In this document: positions 56,976 through 62,569 of the stretch, piece after piece
Numbering within the stretch: position 1 is the stretch's first letter
Layout of the letters: each line of letters starts with the position of its first letter
DNA from: an uncultured Candidatus Poseidoniales archaeon
GTDB lineage: Archaea; Thermoplasmatota; Poseidoniia; Poseidoniales; Poseidoniaceae
Length of the DNA: 62,569 bases
Direction of reading: 5' to 3'
Assembly (NCBI GenBank): GCA_902520595.1
Contig: CABYOM010000003.1
Coordinates: forward strand, 1 to 62,569
Made by a program: the position numbers and the translations under genes
The notes under the pieces: model-generated
Database searches by the model: none
Seen by the model: only the letters and a program-made list of their open reading frames with translations
What the model was told of the DNA's origin: nothing

Positions 56976-57835
56976 TCACTCACCCCCATTGCAGAAAGCA
57001 GTTGATGTGTCCGGTCAATGAGATCGAGTGGATTGTGTGCTAGGACATACAGTGTGGGTTCCCAGCCAAAATCGCCCTCGTCCAGTAAGACGTCTATCCG
57101 AGAATCTTGCGAATCAACTTTGCCTTTTGGAGCAAGTGAAAAACTGTAACCAAGTTGTTTGCACACTTTCTCAACATGCTGTGTGTTAACGGCAGATTCG
57201 CTCAAAGGTGGGCGAATGTTGAGAATTGATACCTTTGCCGAATCAATTTGATGCGAGTCAATGAGAACGGATGCGAGGTGGTTTGATGAACCAAAACTCG
57301 GTGTTTCGTGATGGCGCAATTCCCCTCCAACAAGAGTAATTTTTCCAGGGAATGCTGCAACCTCTTCAGGTGATTTAGCGCCTTTACTGCATGAAGCAAT
57401 GTTCAGCCCAACAGCTGGTATCGAATGTTCGATCCGTCGGACATCTAACCGACCAGCAGCCCATTCGAGACGTCGCAAAAGGGCTCGCTGTTCTTGACCC
57501 TCTTCTAAATCTAAACCGGTTAATGTTTTATCGTAGCGAATGGTATTGTTACCGGTGAATTGGAATTCTACAACTAAACGCTGTCGAACAACATGAGCCT
57601 CAGGGCCCATGGAGTTGAGAGCGAGCGAAAGTTCATGACTCCAGCCGTCGATTGTTGCCTCGTCGGCACTGGAATTCAGCGATACGGGCGGCTTCTGCAT
57701 CTGACGTGAAATTGTACTTTGAGTTGAGCCGAGTGTTTCAGCAATTTCAGTTTGTGACCATCCTTTCGTCCGCAAATCTTTGGCTACATTTTGGTGCAAA
57801 CGGCTTACCCATTTGTCTCCGACTTCTCCGAGCAT
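56972..57835 (-). CDS. thiR: ThiR-like regulator: N-terminal HTH plus ThiN-like (thiamine-phosphate synthase) domain
   Basis: GWSQTEIAETLGSTQSTISR HTH; IPAVGLNI, VAAFPGKI, FGSSNHLA, NIR, DEGDFGWEP; heads the thiBPQ operon. Confidence 0.82.
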   Translation of the reverse strand: MLGEVGDKWVSRLHQNVAKDLRTKGWSQTEIAETLGSTQSTISRQMQKPPVSLNSSADEATIDGWSHELSLALNSMGPEAHVVRQRLVVEFQFTGNNTIRYDKTLTGLDLEEGQEQRALLRRLEWAAGRLDVRRIEHSIPAVGLNIASCSKGAKSPEEVAAFPGKITLVGGELRHHETPSFGSSNHLASVLIDSHQIDSAKVSILNIRPPLSESAVNTQHVEKVCKQLGYSFSLAPKGKVDSQDSRIDVLLDEGDFGWEPTLYVLAHNPLDLIDRTHQLLSAMGVSE

Positions 57836-58188
57836 GAAGTTTGCTTAAGCACTTACCTATTCAATGTTACTCGGGAGTTATGCACTGTGCATTGATATTT
57901 TGCCATACTTTAGAACATTCCAAACGATAAATTCCAGAATTGAATTATTTTTGGCTGATGACGGACATTTTTTCCAGTTTGAAAGATTTCTTGCATCAAA
58001 AATTATTTTTTCATCCGTGATTTTCTTTTTACAGCTTAAAATTGCTTGACGTAGCCATTTAATTGTTTTGCATTATTTATTATTCATTTCACATATCGGG
58101 TTTTCAAAGAACTAATTTTCTACTGTTTTTTTACAAATTCAACCCTTTGCATTGATGAACACTAAGAACCCCCCCTGTCTCGCTAATA

Positions 58189-59631
58189 ATGAGTCGTATG
58201 GATTTGGAGGTGTTCATCGGCGAGGTTGCAGACCGAATTGTTGCCTATCTCAATGCAGCAGACAAGCCAGGCAGGGTTGCTGAACCTATGCCATATTCTA
58301 CCCTTTCAAAGATTACCGATCTCAAAATTCCTCTTGAAGGCCACGGTATGGACGCAGTGCTTGACGATATGGATACATATTTACGCTCGTGTGTGAAAAC
58401 GAATCGTCCTGAATTTATGAATCCGCTTTGGGGTGGTGTGAGTACGGTCGGTCTTGCAGGTGAGATTATTGCGTCACTGACCAACACCTCGATGTATACC
58501 TATGAGTTAGCTCCACTTGCGACGCTCATCGAACATACGATCCTCAAGCGAATGGGTGAAATTGTAGGTTTTGAAGACGGGGCTGGCACGCTCACTACTG
58601 GTGGCTCTAATGGCAACATGTTAGGCATGTTGTGCGCTCGACAGGCTATGAACCCATCATCAACCCAAAGTGGATTTGATGGGCGGACAATGGTCGCTTA
58701 TGTGTCAAGTGAGGCTCACTATTCAGTCTTAATGTCTGCTAATGTCATCGGAATTGGCCATCAAAATGTCGTCAAAGTTGCCTGCGACGAGGGTGGTTGC
58801 ATGCGCCCTTCAGCGCTCCAAGAAGAAATCGAACGAACGAGAAGAGATGGAGGGGTCCCGTTTTGTGTGGTTTCCACTGCTGGCTCTACGGTAAGAGGCG
58901 CTTTTGATCCGCTCAAGGATATCGGAGATATTGCGCACGCCAATGGATTGTGGCACCACGTTGATGCTGCGTGGGGCGGATCTGCCATGTTTTCCTCCAA
59001 GTTCCGTCCTCTTATGGACGGGGTCGAATTTGCTGACAGTGTATGTTGGGATGCTCACAAGATGATGGGTCTACCATTAATCTGCAGCGCTTTTTTGGTT
59101 AAAGATTCAGAACTTCTCGGACGGTTGTGTGCTCATGGTGAAGTTGCACACTATCTTTTTCATGAAGAATCGAAAAACGTTGACTCTGGTAGGTATTCTC
59201 TTCAATGTGGTCGCCGCAACGACGCTCTCAAACTTTGGCTGGCATGGCGAGAATGTGGAGATGCAGGTTGGGCGAAATTGGTTGAGCGATACATGGAACT
59301 TGGAGATTATTTAGAATCAAAGGTTCAAGAGCATGAATCTCTTCAGATGATGTCTTCTCGAATGTGGACAAACGTTTGCTTTCGATTTTCTCCTAAGGGA
59401 TATGAAGGGAATTTGAATGAACTCAATTCGGAAATTCGTAGTCGTATGATGCAAAATGGAAATTTCATGGTGAGCAGGTCAAATATCGGTGAAGATGTCG
59501 TCATCCGTTCCGTGATTACCAATCCAAAAATCACCGAACAAACTCTCGATAACTTCCTCTCAGAAATTACACGAATTTACGAGGAAGTAGTCCGTGGCAT
59601 GCCAAGTGAACATCCGTATCCATCTTCATAA
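58189..59631 (+). CDS. Group II PLP-dependent decarboxylase (glutamate/cysteine sulfinate decarboxylase-like)
   Basis: NTSMYTYELAP, GGSNGN, AHYS, TAGSTVRGAFDP, HVDAAWGG, WDAHKMMG, LQCGRRNDALKLW, NVCF. Confidence 0.92.
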   Translation: MSRMDLEVFIGEVADRIVAYLNAADKPGRVAEPMPYSTLSKITDLKIPLEGHGMDAVLDDMDTYLRSCVKTNRPEFMNPLWGGVSTVGLAGEIIASLTNTSMYTYELAPLATLIEHTILKRMGEIVGFEDGAGTLTTGGSNGNMLGMLCARQAMNPSSTQSGFDGRTMVAYVSSEAHYSVLMSANVIGIGHQNVVKVACDEGGCMRPSALQEEIERTRRDGGVPFCVVSTAGSTVRGAFDPLKDIGDIAHANGLWHHVDAAWGGSAMFSSKFRPLMDGVEFADSVCWDAHKMMGLPLICSAFLVKDSELLGRLCAHGEVAHYLFHEESKNVDSGRYSLQCGRRNDALKLWLAWRECGDAGWAKLVERYMELGDYLESKVQEHESLQMMSSRMWTNVCFRFSPKGYEGNLNELNSEIRSRMMQNGNFMVSRSNIGEDVVIRSVITNPKITEQTLDNFLSEITRIYEEVVRGMPSEHPYPSS

Positions 59632-59682
59632 TTGTTGGATTCAAAAACGACCTTTTTTGAACTACGGTCGTTATTTTGATTC

Positions 59683-61326
59683 ATGGAGGAAGTCAAATCG
59701 AACCTTTCTCCATGGAAGCGCTTGATTGAAAGCCCAACCCTTTTCCCATTGCTGTTTTTTTCTGGTCTGTTCCTTTCTGTAATCGAACCTACAGTTCTCT
59801 ACCTCTCGGGTAACAATGTCAGCGATTCGATTTGGCCTCATGCCTATCGCACATTACTCTGGACAATGGATCTTCGAGAGAACCTCTTCTTGCTCACTCT
59901 CTTCATGAGTATCCTTCTCTTTCTCACTTTTTTGGTATTACAGCGCCAACTCAAAGGTCATGAAAATCCTCGTTGGGCGAATGCTTTGGGAACATTATTT
60001 CTTGGATTACTAGTCGGTTTTATCACTCTGTTCTTCACTTTAGATATCTACTATCTTCGTGGCGCATTTCTCCTTCTCCCAACCCTCTACGGATTTCTTT
60101 TACTGTCAATCCTACTTATAATCGGAGGTTTTCCGCATGTTCCTAAAAACAGCCAGCCTCTCGAAATAAGTAAACACGTGTTGCATATTGCAGGTGTATT
60201 CTTTGCAGCATGGCTGGTTATGCCAGGAATTCCTGCACTGGTCGGAATTGCTCCTTCACCACCTTTGCCGCCCGCTATAGGGTACGGAGCAGACCCTGGC
60301 CCATTCACCACTTCGATGTCTGTTCACCCTTACTCGATGCCTCAAGAAGTCGAACAGATTCGTGAAGAATCTGAAGGTGATATTGATTTCTCTGTTTACT
60401 TAACACTCCCGCATTTACCCAAAGACATTCCTCCACTCTCAATTCCGCTGGCCGTTCTTTCACACGGCTGGGGATACCCAACTTATGAGGAATACACGGA
60501 CTGGATAGCACACCTTTCGGCTAAAGGAATGGCAGTTGCTTTCGTCCAATATCCGTCTGATATAGCACCTGATATTGAAGACGATTTTGAAGCAATTGAT
60601 GAATACGGTGCATCAAATTGGCCTCATCACGTTTACAGAGCACAAGCATTTGCGGCTGCTTTTGATGAAATTGAAGCGATAGGTTTCGGTGAATCTAGGT
60701 CTGATTTTGTCGACTCAGTTCTCGGAAATCACACTATTAATCCGTCTCATCTATGGCTTGGAGGGCACAGTTTAGGAGGTGCATATGTCTTCCTGGGACT
60801 GTATGAGTCATTAGAGCGAGGATGGGGTAATGAAACAGTATTCTTAGATTTTGAATCGCCGTGGACTCGTCCAAGCCAGGTTGAATTACAGCCAAACATG
60901 TCCAGACTACCTGATGCGACGATGGTTCACATTGCCCAAGGGATTGATGATATGTCTGTAGATCCATGTTACAGCGTTCACCATCAAGCAATGTTTTCGA
61001 TGCTCCCACAAGAGCATGTATTGTTTATCGAAATACAAAGTGACCTCTATGGTTTTCCCCGTCTGGTTGGCTCACATTACCTTCCTACGGATTCAGTACA
61101 TGACACACTTGCTGATTGGGGAGTGTATCGAAGAATAGATGCTCAAGCAGATTGGGTTGTTGCCCGAAGTCGAGGTGACGTATTTACCGAATCATGGGCT
61201 TATGAGCATTTGATTTCTTCGCCACTTCTTACCAACATGGGTCAATGGTCAGACGGTGCTGATGTTCTTCCTTTACTCATCCACCATGAGGCACTCACTC
61301 GAACCGAGAAATTCTCTCACTGCTGA
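59683..61326 (+). CDS. Membrane-anchored alpha/beta hydrolase (chlorophyllase/lipase-like)
   Basis: About 5-6 N-terminal TM helices; VLSHGWG, GGHSLGG nucleophile elbow, GIDD, GSHY. Confidence 0.75.
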   Translation: MEEVKSNLSPWKRLIESPTLFPLLFFSGLFLSVIEPTVLYLSGNNVSDSIWPHAYRTLLWTMDLRENLFLLTLFMSILLFLTFLVLQRQLKGHENPRWANALGTLFLGLLVGFITLFFTLDIYYLRGAFLLLPTLYGFLLLSILLIIGGFPHVPKNSQPLEISKHVLHIAGVFFAAWLVMPGIPALVGIAPSPPLPPAIGYGADPGPFTTSMSVHPYSMPQEVEQIREESEGDIDFSVYLTLPHLPKDIPPLSIPLAVLSHGWGYPTYEEYTDWIAHLSAKGMAVAFVQYPSDIAPDIEDDFEAIDEYGASNWPHHVYRAQAFAAAFDEIEAIGFGESRSDFVDSVLGNHTINPSHLWLGGHSLGGAYVFLGLYESLERGWGNETVFLDFESPWTRPSQVELQPNMSRLPDATMVHIAQGIDDMSVDPCYSVHHQAMFSMLPQEHVLFIEIQSDLYGFPRLVGSHYLPTDSVHDTLADWGVYRRIDAQADWVVARSRGDVFTESWAYEHLISSPLLTNMGQWSDGADVLPLLIHHEALTRTEKFSHC

Positions 61327-61383
61327 GTAGAAGGCATGGAGTGCGTTGCTTGAGTTTAAGGTGCGGTCCTTCATCCCCCGTAT

Positions 61384-62502
61384 ATGAGCGATGGAGCACC
61401 GGTCCGAACAGCATTGTATGATGAGCATGTAGCATTGGATGCGAACATTGTAGACTTTCACGGTTTCGAATTGCCAATTTGGTATTCGAATATCAAGGCT
61501 GAGCATTTAGCAACACGCTCAAGTGCAGGCCTTTTCGATGTATCTCACATGGGTTCATTTCGATTCACAGGCGTGAATGTAAAAACGTGGCTTGAATCAA
61601 TTGCAACACAAAAAGTCACCTCAATAGCAGCCCCAAGATGTGCGTACACACACTTCCTTGACGATAATGGTCATCTTATTGACGACATGATTTTCGCCGT
61701 TGTTTCCGATGAAGAGATTCTTGGCGTGCCCAATGCCTCGATGATTCAAGTGATGTGGGACTGGTTTTCATCACACCTTCCCGATGACGGTTCTGTAGTT
61801 CTGGAAAATCTTTCTGATGAAACTTCTATCATGGCTCTTCAAGGTCCAAATGCGAAATCAATTCTGACTTCCGTATTGGGTGAATCGAATCATGTGGGCC
61901 GCTTCAAGTGGCAAATTATCGGTCAAAACGATCTTGCAATAGATGGTTGGATACAAGGAACAGGATATACTGGTGAAGCCGGATATGAGATTTTTGTACC
62001 AAATTCCCAAGCCCCCCTTCTTTGGCGAAGTCTCATTCAAGCAGGATCAGTCCCCATCGGACTTGGTGCTCGAGATACACTCCGATTGGAAAAGGGGTTC
62101 CTTCTTTCAGGTGTAGACTTCTGTTGGCCGCCACTTTCTGAAGTTGAAGATAGCGCCTTTTTAGCTCGTGATTCATGGGAAACCAATGTCCCCTTTGGAC
62201 TCGACCTAGAGCATGAATTTATTGGCAAGCATCGCGTTACAGGTCACGCTGAAAATGATGCTCGTTGGTGGGGTATTCGTTATGTCGAGAAAGGACCATT
62301 ACCCCGTCCAGGCAAGGATGTGACGTCGCTTGATGGTTCCCCTCTTGGAACGTTAACTTCTGGCGCTCCAGCTCCCAGCCTTGAAAACATAGGAATCGGC
62401 ATTGGGTATTTGCAGAATGTTTCTGAGGGCGATGAAGTTCTCGTCGTTGCAAGTCCGCGAAAATCTGTGAAGGCAGTAGTTGTTCGTCCACCTTTCGTTT
62501 AA
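61384..62502 (+). CDS. gcvT: Glycine cleavage system aminomethyltransferase T
   Basis: RTALYDEH, GLFDVSHMG, ALQGP, TGYTGEAGYEI, GLGARDTLRLEKG, GTLTSG..APSL, VVRPPF. Confidence 0.95.
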   Translation: MSDGAPVRTALYDEHVALDANIVDFHGFELPIWYSNIKAEHLATRSSAGLFDVSHMGSFRFTGVNVKTWLESIATQKVTSIAAPRCAYTHFLDDNGHLIDDMIFAVVSDEEILGVPNASMIQVMWDWFSSHLPDDGSVVLENLSDETSIMALQGPNAKSILTSVLGESNHVGRFKWQIIGQNDLAIDGWIQGTGYTGEAGYEIFVPNSQAPLLWRSLIQAGSVPIGLGARDTLRLEKGFLLSGVDFCWPPLSEVEDSAFLARDSWETNVPFGLDLEHEFIGKHRVTGHAENDARWWGIRYVEKGPLPRPGKDVTSLDGSPLGTLTSGAPAPSLENIGIGIGYLQNVSEGDEVLVVASPRKSVKAVVVRPPFV

Positions 62503-62569
62503 TCAGAGATGAACGGCGTTATCGCCTGAGTAAAACGCTTCCTCTCGCGTTCGGATGTTGAATTCAGTT

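Noticed and set aside
57836..58188. TPP riboswitch, SRP RNA or RNase P RNA in the long intergenic region; also the 61-aa ORF 57864-58049
   Set aside because: No GCTGAGA/CCTGAT riboswitch core on the minus strand, and the region is too AT-rich for these structured RNAs. The short ORF is Phe/Ile-rich, as expected by chance from T-rich DNA.
1..62569. CRISPR array, transposases, inteins, tRNA introns
   Set aside because: No regularly spaced repeats or transposase motifs were seen. SufB and the helicase have normal lengths, and both tRNAs are uninterrupted.
62499..62569. Possible 3' end of a minus-strand gene entering from the right edge
   Set aside because: Two minus frames are open for only about 22 codons, too short to choose a frame or assign a product.

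Overview
Gene-dense archaeal chromosomal segment, most consistent with a marine Thermoplasmatota, probably Marine Group II (Ca. Poseidoniales). This is inferred from archaeal-type PheS, TgtA, RibK, NadM, a DRG GTPase, ThiR and a DUF835 protein, mixed with many bacterial-like genes (RhlE, complete SUF, GcvT, PhnD-like, GSDH) and secreted proteins with [LF][SA]GC lipobox signals. It holds about 62 CDS and two intron-less, CCA-encoding tRNAs (Thr-UGU, Val-CAC). I found no CRISPR array, transposase, integrase or rRNA. Recognisable modules are the sufCBDSE-sufT operon with a divergent NfuA-like gene, the thiR-thiBPQ thiamine uptake operon, and a two-ATPase/two-permease ABC-2 cassette. The best candidate for an undescribed system is a translationally coupled three-gene operon at 15705-20205 (minus strand). 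It encodes a DUF2226/PATAN-like + DUF835 (inactive KaiC/RecA-like) protein, a degenerate bacterial DnaA/Hda-type AAA+ protein without a DNA-binding domain IV, and a YkgJ-type cysteine-cluster protein. The operon's ribosome-binding site lies inside a perfect 7-bp inverted repeat. Other highlights are an apparently circularly permuted glycerophosphodiester phosphodiesterase (catalytic HRG at the C-terminus) and a eukaryote-like citrate synthase. All calls come from reading motifs by eye; no database searches were run, and several start codons were re-chosen manually.
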